A stretch of DNA of 64,000 nt from Ruminococcaceae bacterium UBA5891 (GTDB lineage: Bacteria > Bacillota > Clostridia > Oscillospirales > Acutalibacteraceae). The stretch spans positions 446 to 64,445 of the forward strand of contig DJET01000048.1 in the NCBI GenBank assembly GCA_002431945.1, written 5' to 3'. The notes under the pieces were generated by a model that saw only the letters and a list, made by a program, of their open reading frames with translations, did no database searches and was not told the origin of the DNA. The number at the start of each line of letters is the position of its first letter. Position 1 is the stretch's first letter. Made by a program: the position numbers and the translations under genes. Shown here piece after piece: positions 54,527-63,672 of this stretch.

Positions 54527-56209
54527 ATGGATGTGCATACCGTCCGCCGGCAAATGCGGACTAAGAGCATTTACGATATACCGCTCAGAGTCACTTTTTA
54601 CGCACGCGTATCCTCCGAAAAGGACGAGCAGCTAAACTCGCTTGACAACCAAATATCCTATTACCGCAATTTCATAAAGAAAAATGCTAACTGGGAGTTT
54701 GTTGACGGGTATATAGACGAAGGTCTTTCGGGAATGAGCACCAAAAAGCGCGAGAATTTTCACAATATGGTGAACGACGCCAAAGCCGGACTCTTCGACC
54801 TTGTTATCACAAAGGAGATCACCCGTTTTGCCCGTAACACGCTTGACAGTATTCAGTACACCCGTGAGCTTTTAAGCTGCGGTGTGGGCGTGTTTTTTCA
54901 AAACGATAATATAAACACGCTCGATGAGGACAGCGAGCTGCGCTTAACCATTATGTCGGGCATAGCGCAGGACGAGCTGCGCAAGCTTTCAAGCCGTATT
55001 AAATTCGGGCATCAGGAAGCAATAAAGAAAAGCGTTGTTTTAGGCAACAGCCGCATATTCGGCTACCGCAAGGATAACAAAAGGCTTGTTATCGATGAAA
55101 AAGAGGCGGAAATGGTAAGAGAATTATTTACCCTTTACGCTACCGATAAATACAGTATGAAGCAGCTTGAGGATATTTTTTGGAGCAAGGGCTACCGCAA
55201 CAATAACGGCAAAAAAATTTGTCACAGCACAATGTCAAACACCATTTCAAACCCTAAATACAAGGGCTATTATGTCGGCAATAAGGTAAAAATCGTTGAT
55301 ATGTTTACTAAAAAGCAAAAGTTCCTGCCGCCGGAGGAATGGGTAATGTTTAAGGACGAAACGGGAGAGATCGTTCCGGCAATTGTAAGCGAAGAGCTGT
55401 GGGAGCAGGCAAACGCCGTTTTGAAAAGGCGCAGCCGTGATGTTAAAAACAGGCAAAATCAGTGCAACCACGCAAATTTATTAACAGGCAAAATGTACTG
55501 CACCCACTGTGGAAGGCTTTATTACCGTAAGGACAGCAAGGACAGAAAGGGAAACATGCTGTCACGCTGGATATGTTCGGGAAAGATTGCAAACGGCGCG
55601 GCCTCCTGCCCTTCGTTTACAATTTACGAGGAAGAGATCAAAGAGGTTTTGTACGAGGTGTTTAAGGACACCGCCGAGGACTCAAAGCGAATAATTGAGG
55701 AATATACAAGCCTATACGCCGAAATGACCGAAAAGGACGCCTCTGCCGCCGACTTTAAAAGGCTGAAAGACAGACTTGATTTGTTATCAAGAAAAAAGTC
55801 AAAGCTGCTTGAATATAATATTGCGGGGCAGATAAGCGACAGGGATTTTATTGAAATGAACAGGCAAATTACCAAAGAGTCCTCCGAGGTTTACTCCGCA
55901 ATTGAAGAAACGGAAAACGAAATAAACTCGCAAGCGGGATTTAAAGAAAAAATTGAAGAAATTAAAACCGTTCTTCAAAAAGCGGAAAAAGACGCGTCAA
56001 AGGAAATGATAGACTCTGCCTTTGTAAACAAGTATATAGATAAGATATATGTAACCCCCGTTGACGACGGCGTTATTGATATTTCGGTAAAGCTTTTCAC
56101 AGGCGATACGTTCGCTAAGGTCTTTGAAAAGTCGGAACATCGACTTGCAGGTCGTACGGGACATACGTTTAAAAAGATGATCGAGTCTTACGAAAACAGC
56201 ATGAAATAA
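54527..56209 (+). CDS. Large serine recombinase (resolvase/invertase N-domain + recombinase + zinc-ribbon + coiled coil)
   Basis: Start at ATG 54527, 7 nt after AAGGAGA. Catalytic region YARVSSEKDEQLNSLDNQ, TKEITRFARN, a Cys cluster (CTHCGRLYY...WICSG...CPS) and a long C-terminal coiled-coil. Confidence 0.85.
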   Translation: MDVHTVRRQMRTKSIYDIPLRVTFYARVSSEKDEQLNSLDNQISYYRNFIKKNANWEFVDGYIDEGLSGMSTKKRENFHNMVNDAKAGLFDLVITKEITRFARNTLDSIQYTRELLSCGVGVFFQNDNINTLDEDSELRLTIMSGIAQDELRKLSSRIKFGHQEAIKKSVVLGNSRIFGYRKDNKRLVIDEKEAEMVRELFTLYATDKYSMKQLEDIFWSKGYRNNNGKKICHSTMSNTISNPKYKGYYVGNKVKIVDMFTKKQKFLPPEEWVMFKDETGEIVPAIVSEELWEQANAVLKRRSRDVKNRQNQCNHANLLTGKMYCTHCGRLYYRKDSKDRKGNMLSRWICSGKIANGAASCPSFTIYEEEIKEVLYEVFKDTAEDSKRIIEEYTSLYAEMTEKDASAADFKRLKDRLDLLSRKKSKLLEYNIAGQISDRDFIEMNRQITKESSEVYSAIEETENEINSQAGFKEKIEEIKTVLQKAEKDASKEMIDSAFVNKYIDKIYVTPVDDGVIDISVKLFTGDTFAKVFEKSEHRLAGRTGHTFKKMIESYENSMK

Positions 56210-56226
56210 GACTTCGTGTCGATAAA

Positions 56227-56255
56227 GGGGGCCCGGCAGCGGGCTCCCTTTTTTT
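56227..56255 (+). terminator. Intrinsic terminator
   Basis: GGGGGCCCG-GCAG-CGGGCTCCC followed by T7. Confidence 0.8.
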
Positions 56256-56305
56256 GAATAAAACCGTTTTCTCAGTTAAAAATATTTATAAAGGAGTGAT
56301 AAATA

Positions 56306-56515
56306 ATGTTTGATAAAATTTGCCTTATACTTGTTATTATCGGCGCTCTTAACTGGGGCCTTGTAGGTCTTTTTGAGTTTGACCTTGTAGCTTGGGCTTT
56401 CGGCGGAGCAACGGCAATCATCAGCAGAATTATTTACACCGTTATTGCTCTTGCAGGCATATGGTGTATTTCCCTGCTGTTCAGAGAAAAAGCAACCGCC
56501 ACGGTAAGCGATTAA
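56306..56515 (+). CDS. DUF378-family small membrane protein
   Basis: 69-aa ORF with two TM helices. IIGALNWGLVGLFEFDLV is the characteristic DUF378 segment. RBS AAAGGAG lies upstream. Confidence 0.7.
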   Translation: MFDKICLILVIIGALNWGLVGLFEFDLVAWAFGGATAIISRIIYTVIALAGIWCISLLFREKATATVSD

Positions 56516-56520
56516 CAAAA

Positions 56521-56562
56521 AGCGGCAGCCGAATCGTAAAAACGTTCGGCTGCCGCTTTTTT
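56521..56562. terminator. Bidirectional intrinsic terminator
   Basis: AGCGGCAGCCGAA (56521-33) pairs with TTCGGCTGCCGCT (56545-57). It is flanked by an A-run and a T-run, between convergent genes. Confidence 0.85.
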
Positions 56563-56568
56563 ATTAGG

Positions 56569-57927
56569 CTAACCTATAATACCTATAATAAATATTGCAA
56601 GAATAAGCACGGGCAGCACCAAAAGGAAATACCACTTCATCCATGCGGCAACCTTTAGCCCCTTGCCGATATTCGCTTCTTCCCTGTATTTTTCAAAGCC
56701 CCAGCCGTAACGCGTAACGCAGAAAAGCAAATACACAAGCGAGCCGAGCGGTAAAAGAATATTACTTACTATGAAATCCTCGCTGTCGAGAATATCCCTG
56801 CCGCCTATCGGGTGAATATTGCTCCAGACATTATAGCCCAAAACGCACGGAATACTTGCAACAAGAATTATAATGCCGTTTATAAGAGCGGCTTTTTTTC
56901 TGCTCCAACCGAAATTATCCATACACGAGGACATTATATTCTCAAATACCGCTATAACCGTTGAAAATGAGGCAAAGGTCATAAACAGGAAGAAAAGACT
57001 GCCCCAAATACGGCCGCCCGACATATTAACAAACACATTTGGCAGCGTTACAAATATAAGACCGGGGCCCTGCGTAACCTCAACATTATAGCTGAAGCAG
57101 GCGGGGAAAATTATCAAACCTGCGGAAACGGCAACAAAGGTATCAAGAGCGCATATACGCGCGCCCTCGCCGAGGAGAGTATGCTCCTTACCCATATAGC
57201 TGCCGAAAATTTCCATTGCCGCTATACCGAGACTCAAGGTAAAAAACGATTGGTTCATTGCCGCCGCAACAACACTGCCCAACCCTACCGTTTTTACATT
57301 TTCCATATTCGGTACAAGGTAAAACTTAAGACCTTCACCCGCGCCCGATAGCGTAAAACTGTGTATTGCAAGAATAAGTATAAGCACAAAAAGCGCGCTC
57401 ATCATAACCTTGCTTACCCTTTCAAGACCCTTTTGCACGCCTATACTGCAAATAAGTATTCCCGCAACAACCGTAATTGCCATCCAAAGCCCCATTTCGG
57501 CAGGGCTTGCAAGCATATCCGAAAACACATTTGCACCGGCCGCCGCGTCCATTCCGGGTTTAAACGTACCGCTTGCAAACTTAAAGAAATAGTTTAACAT
57601 CCAACCGGAAACGTTTGTGTAATACATCATAAGTATGTAACAGCCGATTATTGCAAACCAACCGTGAATATGCCATTTCGATTTCGGTTTTTCAAGCGCC
57701 TTATAGGCTAAAACCGCGCTTTTTCGGCTTGCTCTGCCCACTGCCAGCTCCATAGATAAAACGGGCAAACCCATTATAACAAGCATTATAAGATAAATAA
57801 GTACGAATATGCCGCCGCCGTTTTGTCCCACAACATAGGGAAATCTCCAAACGTTTCCTATTCCTATGGCGCAGCCGGCGCTGACAAGCAAAAAGCCAAG
57901 CCGTGATTTGAATGATTCTCTCTCCAT
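56569..57927 (-). CDS. Sodium-dependent transporter, neurotransmitter:sodium symporter (NSS/SNF) family
   Basis: Multi-TM ORF with GCAIGIGNVWRFPYVVGQNGGG, the NSS TM1 signature. Start set at ATG 57927 (MERESF), after RBS AAGGGG. Confidence 0.85.
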   Translation of the reverse strand: MERESFKSRLGFLLVSAGCAIGIGNVWRFPYVVGQNGGGIFVLIYLIMLVIMGLPVLSMELAVGRASRKSAVLAYKALEKPKSKWHIHGWFAIIGCYILMMYYTNVSGWMLNYFFKFASGTFKPGMDAAAGANVFSDMLASPAEMGLWMAITVVAGILICSIGVQKGLERVSKVMMSALFVLILILAIHSFTLSGAGEGLKFYLVPNMENVKTVGLGSVVAAAMNQSFFTLSLGIAAMEIFGSYMGKEHTLLGEGARICALDTFVAVSAGLIIFPACFSYNVEVTQGPGLIFVTLPNVFVNMSGGRIWGSLFFLFMTFASFSTVIAVFENIMSSCMDNFGWSRKKAALINGIIILVASIPCVLGYNVWSNIHPIGGRDILDSEDFIVSNILLPLGSLVYLLFCVTRYGWGFEKYREEANIGKGLKVAAWMKWYFLLVLPVLILAIFIIGIIG

Positions 57928-58054
57928 TTTTAAACCCCTTAACATTATATAATATTAAAAACCTTTTTCAGTATACAAAAATTTTCAAATTTTGTCAAGT
58001 AAACTGTAACATATTTAAAATCTTACGCATATAATTGCGTAGCGGAGGTGCTTT

Positions 58055-58540
58055 ATGAACAACAAAGATACATTATGCGAAATTTTAAGCGGCAGCCCGA
58101 AAGCGGCTGCAAAAATACACGGCAGCGACAGCTATCCCGATATTTGCGGCAGGGCGGCGTTTTATTCTTTCGGTAACGCGGTTTTGGTGCGCGCCGAGAT
58201 AATGGGACTGCCGCAAAGCAGTGGTAAATGCAAAAGCCCCGTTTTTGCGTTCCATATACACGCGGGCGGCAGCTGCACAGGAAATGCCGAAGACACGTTT
58301 TCGGGCGCCGGCTCGCATTATAACCCTAACAGTTGCCCTCACCCGTACCATGCGGGCGATATGCCGCCGCTGTTCGGCGTTAACGGCAGGGCGCTTATGA
58401 TTTTTATTACCGATAGATTTACAATTCCCGAAATAATAGGCAAAGCGGTAATAATTCATAAGAATCCCGATGATTTTATGACGCAGCCCTCAGGTAATTC
58501 CGGTGAAAAAATCGCCTGCGGCATAATTGCGGAATTATAA
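58055..58540 (+). CDS. Cu/Zn superoxide dismutase family protein (no signal peptide)
   Basis: 161-aa ORF. The metal-ligand pattern is retained: FHIHAGGSC, GSHYNPNSCPHPYHAGDMPPL, AVIIHKNPDD, and a C-terminal IACGII. Confidence 0.75.
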   Translation: MNNKDTLCEILSGSPKAAAKIHGSDSYPDICGRAAFYSFGNAVLVRAEIMGLPQSSGKCKSPVFAFHIHAGGSCTGNAEDTFSGAGSHYNPNSCPHPYHAGDMPPLFGVNGRALMIFITDRFTIPEIIGKAVIIHKNPDDFMTQPSGNSGEKIACGIIAEL

Positions 58541-58550
58541 ACCTAAATTC

Positions 58551-58818
58551 ATATGGGGCAGCTGCCCCAGTTTGTTCGATAAGCTACAAATTTTATTTTT
58601 GCGGCGTTCAAGCCGCATTTCTGTTTTTCCGCTGACATGTGCGGCGGAAAAACACCTTATAAGCGAAAAACCGCTAAACAAGCGGTTTTTCAAGGGCACT
58701 GGGGTGGGTACCCACGGGGATAGAGTGCAGTCCGAAAATCTTTGATTTTCGAGCGAGCGGCATTCCCGTAGGGGGGCGTGTCGACTTTTTCGACACGCTC
58801 GGCGCAGCTGCCCCATAT
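58551..58818. repeat. Inverted-repeat-bounded, hairpin-dense intergenic element (MITE-like or structured RNA)
   Basis: ATATGGGGCAGCTGC (58551-58565) is the exact reverse complement of GCAGCTGCCCCATAT (58804-58818). The interior holds several strong hairpins (GAAAAACCGC...GCGGTTTTTC, GCGTGTCGA...TCGACACGC, GAAAATC...GATTTTC). Confidence 0.6.
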
Positions 58819-58820
58819 TC

Positions 58821-59336
58821 TTAAACCAGCATTGAATAAGGAAAATACATACCGTCAAGGTTTTGTTTAACCCTTGAATAATACATAGCGCGGCGTTCAT
58901 ATCCGCCGTCTTCCCTCTCGCCGCGGGAAAGAGGTATAAACCCGCCTGTTAAATTAACGTATTTATCGTTTTTCCTGTAACCTGCAATATCAAATTCGCA
59001 AAAGCCGAGTTTTTTGTAAAACGGTATAAGCTCCGCTTTTTCGGGAACCAGAAAAACCGTATCCGCACTGCTTTTAACCGATTCGATAAGCCCTGTCATA
59101 ATCCCTTTTCCGCGGTAATCGCTGTGTGTTGCCGCGGCATATATATATACGGCGCTTTTTTTACCGTTTTCGCCGCATATTTCGCACGGCAGCGCAAAAA
59201 GCATAGAAACCGTATGCCCGTTTTCTTCGTGCGTTTTACAGTAAGAAAAACAGTTTTTAAAAAGCTTATCCTCAAATTCCGTATCGGGATCGCAGAACGC
59301 CTGCCTGTATAACATACGGCAATCAAGCTCACTCAT
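58821..59336 (-). CDS. GNAT family N-acetyltransferase
   Basis: 171-aa ORF. The acetyl-CoA-binding segment YIYAAATHSDYRGKGIMTGLI is followed by FYKKLGF. There is a 4-nt overlap with the upstream gene. Confidence 0.75.
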   Translation of the reverse strand: MSELDCRMLYRQAFCDPDTEFEDKLFKNCFSYCKTHEENGHTVSMLFALPCEICGENGKKSAVYIYAAATHSDYRGKGIMTGLIESVKSSADTVFLVPEKAELIPFYKKLGFCEFDIAGYRKNDKYVNLTGGFIPLSRGEREDGGYERRAMYYSRVKQNLDGMYFPYSMLV

Positions 59337-60220
59337 ATCATATTCCTCGGTAAACAGGTATATTTTTTCAACAGTATATCCGGCTTATAGGAAAGCTTTG
59401 CCTTTCTTAACCCTTCAAGTCCCATATCGTCCTCGCGGTTTATATACATATAATCCGCAAGCTCGTTTTCGGCAAACTCGCGGTTTATTACGGTGTAAGC
59501 CTCGCCGTAATCGCCAAGAGCCTTTTCAAAGTGTATATCGTAAACCTTTTCGTTTATGGGCGAGCCTACCGTAAAGGCAACCGCCTTATCCTGCACATAT
59601 ATTGCGCCGCCCCTTGCACCCAAAAGCTCCATATTTTCAAGCACTGTTTCTAGCCCGCGCTTTTCGCACTGCAAATGTCTGTCCTCGCGGTCCTTATTTT
59701 CAAAATACCACTGTTCCGCGCAAAGAAGTATGTCTTCCTTATTTTCCTCAGTTATCGGTTTATAGCGCCAGTCGTACTTTTTTGAAAAGGAGCTTATATG
59801 GTTGCGCTTTGAATGGTATTTTTTGCCCTTAAGCTCCGCTAAATTTTCTCTTAAATATATATAATCGAATGCGTCGCGCTCTTCCTTCAGTATATAATCC
59901 CTGCCGAGGTATTCCTCTAACTCGTCAAGTCTTTTGCCGTCCTGCACCCAAAAGCGCGGGTATTCCTCTTTGCTGTACTCGCGTATCAGGCTTATTCCCT
60001 TATGAAAATCGTTGCCGAACGGCAGGCGGAAAACCTGATTTTTTTCCGTTCCGGAGCTTATTACAAGCTGACCGTCGCTTTCCGCCCACATATTGGCGTA
60101 TGCCTCCTGCCATACAAGCAGATTTATAAACGCGCTTTCGCAGGAAAACTCTTCATTGCTGCCTATATAATGCTTAAATGTGTTTATATCTGATAACTCT
60201 ATCGGTTTAAAGCTGAGCAT
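59333..60220 (-). CDS. DUF2156-domain protein (lysyl-phosphatidylglycerol-synthase C-terminal-like)
   Basis: 295-aa ORF. The family was recognised by overall resemblance and by the frequent pairing with a GNAT gene. No single diagnostic motif was verified. Confidence 0.5.
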   Translation of the reverse strand: MLSFKPIELSDINTFKHYIGSNEEFSCESAFINLLVWQEAYANMWAESDGQLVISSGTEKNQVFRLPFGNDFHKGISLIREYSKEEYPRFWVQDGKRLDELEEYLGRDYILKEERDAFDYIYLRENLAELKGKKYHSKRNHISSFSKKYDWRYKPITEENKEDILLCAEQWYFENKDREDRHLQCEKRGLETVLENMELLGARGGAIYVQDKAVAFTVGSPINEKVYDIHFEKALGDYGEAYTVINREFAENELADYMYINREDDMGLEGLRKAKLSYKPDILLKKYTCLPRNMI

Positions 60221-60235
60221 AATATCCCCGTATAT

Positions 60236-62551
60236 TTATTGGTTTGACGACGCCGCAGAAGACGCAGCGGCAGCGTCCGACGAGCTTGCAGCCGCCTTTG
60301 AAGCCGCCTCCGCTTCTGCCTTTCTTACGTCTGCCGGCGTTGCCGCAGCGTCTCCGCTGTGCGCGGTGCAAAGCGGCGGTACGTTGCTTTTTTTGTACCA
60401 ACCTATCGCCTTTGACGGGCAGGCGGTTGTAGCAATGTTTCCGGTTGAGGTGCAGTAATACTTTTCAACCGCATAGTTGCTCACCTCAAATTCCTTCGGT
60501 TCAAGGTCGGCGTGTACCTTAGACATTACGGCGCCCCACATCTTGTGGGCTATTCCGGCGTTGGAAATCTTTTGCTGTTTATCGTAGCCGCACCAGCAGG
60601 AAGCCACATAGTAAGGGCTGCCGCCGACAAACCACAAATCGTTAGAGTTGTTTGAGGTTCCCGTTTTTGCATATATTTTCATATTTTTAATATAACCCTT
60701 GGCACCTGCGCCCGTTCCGTGCGAACCGTAAACTACCGTTTGCAAAAGCTTGTTCATTACCGTAGCCGTATCCTCGCTTATTGCCATTTGCGGCTCGGAA
60801 TTATACTCAAGCACCGTTTCGCCGTGCTGGTCGGTAACCTTGGTATAAAGCGTAGGCTTATGGAACTGCCCTAAATTGCCGAATACGGCAAAGGCTCCCG
60901 CCGATTCAAGCGTGGTTATACCGCCGTTGGTTCCGCCCATTCCGAGCGGCGAAAGATTTATATCCTCGCTGTTAAGGGTGGTAATTCCGAGCTTTTGCGT
61001 AATAAAATCATACGATTTCTGCGGCGTTAATTTGTTTACAAGATAAACCGGAATTGTATTTACCGAACGTTCAAGCGCATACTGCACGGTAATATTACCC
61101 CAGTATGAATTATACCAGTTTACGGGGGTCCACCCGTTATAGTTGGTCTTGGTATCGTTTACAATGCTTGAATAATGAATAATATCGTCTTCTATTGCAG
61201 GCGCATATGCCGCTATCGGCTTCATGGTAGAGCCCGGCTGGCGCTTTGCGCTTGTAGCGCGGTTAAGACTGCGCTTGCCTACCTTTTCGCCTATTCCGCC
61301 CACAATACCCCTAACGTGACCGTTATAGTCCATAAGCGTCATAGAGCCCTGAAGCGTCGTACCGTCCGCTCCCTTTAAGCCGTAGGTCTTGCTGTCTGAA
61401 AAGACCTCTTCCATAATGCCCTGAATTTTATTATCGACGGTTGCGTAAATTTTATAACCGCCCGAATAAAAAATATTGGTCGCGTGGTTTTTTTCGTAGC
61501 CGTATTTATCCATAAGATCGGCTATAACCTGATCTATAAGCGCGTCAACAAAATAAGTATTATTCTCATTTTCCTTAAGCGCTTCCTTAGAAGCCACTAA
61601 GTTAATGTCCTCTTCCTTGGCCTTTTCATACTGTTCCTTTGTTATATAGCCCTGATCGTACATTTCCCATAAAACGGTGTTGCGGCGTTTTTTATTTTCC
61701 TCCGGATGATCGTCAGGCGCATAATAGGTAGGACTTTTTGTAATAGCGGCAAGGCAGGCGCACTCGGTAAGGGTAAGATCCTTTACATTTTTGCCGAAAT
61801 AATAGTTTGCCGCAACCTCTACGCCGTAGGTGCCGTGGCCCATTGCTATTGTGTTTAAATAGCACTCTATTATGGTTTCCTTAACATAATGGTTTTCAAT
61901 ATACCTTGCGCGCATTATTTCGCGTATTTTACGGCTTGGGCGCTGCGAGGTATCGCCGGTAAGGTTTTTTACAAGCTGCTGGGTTATTGTAGAACCGCCC
62001 TGATTTGAAGAATAAAAATGCAAAAACATATTTGCAAACGCCGCAAACGTACGCTTCCAGTCAACGCCGTTATGATCCATAAAACGCTTGTCCTCAATAG
62101 CAACAAAGGCGTTTACAAGGTTTTGCGGTATGCCGTCGTAGGTAATATCGCCCGATTTTGCTTTATCCTTATCATAATTAACCCAAATGCGGTTAAACTG
62201 ACCGTGCAGGCGCTGATACTCGGAATAATTTCCGTTACCGTCGTCCGCATATATCGTAGTGGTAAAATTAAGCTTTAAATCGTCAAGATTTTCATCCATC
62301 GAGCCGTCAACCATAGTAAACGCATAAAGCAGGAATGCGGATATTACAATACTTACCGTAATGATGCCCACAAGAAATACGGTAAGCACCGCCCTTAATA
62401 TCCTTTCCTTGCGCTTTCCCTTACGTTTGGTTTTTTTACCGCCCGTTTTATTTTCAGTATGGGAAGAAAAGCTGTTAAGATCAAAGCTTGTCTCTCCGGT
62501 TTCTTCAAGATTACCGGAATTATCATAGCTGAACAAATCTCTGTCGTCCAT
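60236..62551 (-). CDS. Class A penicillin-binding protein (PBP1A-type transglycosylase/transpeptidase)
   Basis: 771-aa ORF. GT51 motifs AIEDKRFMDHNGVD and GGSTITQQLVKN, transpeptidase STMKP (PGSTMKP) and KTGTS, an N-terminal TM and a C-terminal Ala/Ser-rich tail. Confidence 0.9.
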   Translation of the reverse strand: MDDRDLFSYDNSGNLEETGETSFDLNSFSSHTENKTGGKKTKRKGKRKERILRAVLTVFLVGIITVSIVISAFLLYAFTMVDGSMDENLDDLKLNFTTTIYADDGNGNYSEYQRLHGQFNRIWVNYDKDKAKSGDITYDGIPQNLVNAFVAIEDKRFMDHNGVDWKRTFAAFANMFLHFYSSNQGGSTITQQLVKNLTGDTSQRPSRKIREIMRARYIENHYVKETIIECYLNTIAMGHGTYGVEVAANYYFGKNVKDLTLTECACLAAITKSPTYYAPDDHPEENKKRRNTVLWEMYDQGYITKEQYEKAKEEDINLVASKEALKENENNTYFVDALIDQVIADLMDKYGYEKNHATNIFYSGGYKIYATVDNKIQGIMEEVFSDSKTYGLKGADGTTLQGSMTLMDYNGHVRGIVGGIGEKVGKRSLNRATSAKRQPGSTMKPIAAYAPAIEDDIIHYSSIVNDTKTNYNGWTPVNWYNSYWGNITVQYALERSVNTIPVYLVNKLTPQKSYDFITQKLGITTLNSEDINLSPLGMGGTNGGITTLESAGAFAVFGNLGQFHKPTLYTKVTDQHGETVLEYNSEPQMAISEDTATVMNKLLQTVVYGSHGTGAGAKGYIKNMKIYAKTGTSNNSNDLWFVGGSPYYVASCWCGYDKQQKISNAGIAHKMWGAVMSKVHADLEPKEFEVSNYAVEKYYCTSTGNIATTACPSKAIGWYKKSNVPPLCTAHSGDAAATPADVRKAEAEAASKAAASSSDAAAASSAASSNQ

Positions 62552-62666
62552 TTAACACCTCCGCCGAAAAACGGCATTTGCTGTAAATATTTTTTCCGAA
62601 ATTAAACTTATTATAGCATATATCCTATATAAAATCAATCACAATAAACCGTTCCACAGCGTTTGC

Positions 62667-63554
62667 CTATAAATCGGTTTGCAGACCGCCCGTAAAATCA
62701 AGCACACAGCTTTTAAGCTGTGCCAGCCCTTCCGTCATACGTGCGTTTATATCTGTGCCCATTCCAAGCTCTCTTGCGGTAACAGGGCTTATCGGCAATA
62801 CCTTAACGCCGTTTGTTCTGCCCTTTATCATCATTTCGCTCATCATTGAAATGCCAAGGCCCTTTCCCACCATTCGTATAACCGTTTCGTCGTCCACGTG
62901 CGCCTGCCTGATATTGGGCTTTACGCCGTTTTTTTCAAGCGCCGCGTTAACGTCGATATCAAATTTGCCGTAAGGCATTAAAAACTCCCTGCCCTCGTAT
63001 TCGGCAATTGAAAAGCTTTCCTTGGAAAGCGTTTTGTAATCCGGCGGCAGTATGGCATACATAATGTCGCTGTAAAGCGGCGTCCAGTCGCAGCTTATCC
63101 TACTTTGCCTTGCCGCAAAAATAACGTCGGTACGGCCGCTCTCAAGCAGCTTAAACGGCTCTAAGGCGTTATCCACCATTCTAAGGTCAACGTTTATTTC
63201 GGGGCAAACACGTCTGAACCTATACAGTATTTCGGGCAGCCAATGCATTGCAATGCTTGCATATGCGGCTACGCGTATGGTCTCGCTCCTTTTTTCGGAT
63301 ATTGCGGATATTCGGTTTTCAAGGCTTGCATTAGCCCTTAAAAACTCCCTTATGCAGGGCATAAGCTCCTTTCCCTCTTTGGTAAGCGAAATGCCGTTGT
63401 GGTCGCGCGTTATAAGGGTAAGCCCTATATCGCGTTCAAGGCTGTCTACCAAATGCGTAAGTCCGGATTGGGTGTAGCCGACTACCTCGGACGCCTTTGA
63501 AAAGCTTCCGAGATCGACTGCCGTCATCAGTATTTCAAGCTTTTTACTGTCCAT
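62667..63554 (-). CDS. LysR family transcriptional regulator
   Basis: 295-aa ORF. N-terminal wHTH LGSFSKASEVVGYTQSGLTHLVDSLERDIGLTLITRD. Divergent from brnQ. Confidence 0.85.
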   Translation of the reverse strand: MDSKKLEILMTAVDLGSFSKASEVVGYTQSGLTHLVDSLERDIGLTLITRDHNGISLTKEGKELMPCIREFLRANASLENRISAISEKRSETIRVAAYASIAMHWLPEILYRFRRVCPEINVDLRMVDNALEPFKLLESGRTDVIFAARQSRISCDWTPLYSDIMYAILPPDYKTLSKESFSIAEYEGREFLMPYGKFDIDVNAALEKNGVKPNIRQAHVDDETVIRMVGKGLGISMMSEMMIKGRTNGVKVLPISPVTARELGMGTDINARMTEGLAQLKSCVLDFTGGLQTDL

Positions 63555-63672
63555 AATTTTACTCCCTATACATAGGTATTACAAAATGTCATATAACTAT
63601 TATAATCCTGTGCTTTATTTTTTGCAAGCTATAAAGTACAATATTTACCGTTAAAGGAGTTGTTTTACATAA

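Noticed and set aside
37389-56305. Direct repeats (att-like) flanking the putative island delimited by the serine recombinase.
   Set aside because: I compared 37389-37481 with 56210-56305 by eye and found no shared repeat of 8 nt or more. The island idea is kept only as a low-confidence hypothesis and needs comparative genomics.
58527-58900. ORFs 58527-58745 (+, 72 aa) and 58535-58900 (-, 121 aa).
   Set aside because: They run through the inverted-repeat-bounded hairpin element. They have no RBS and Arg/Cys-rich nonsense-like sequence, and they overlap each other and the GNAT gene end.
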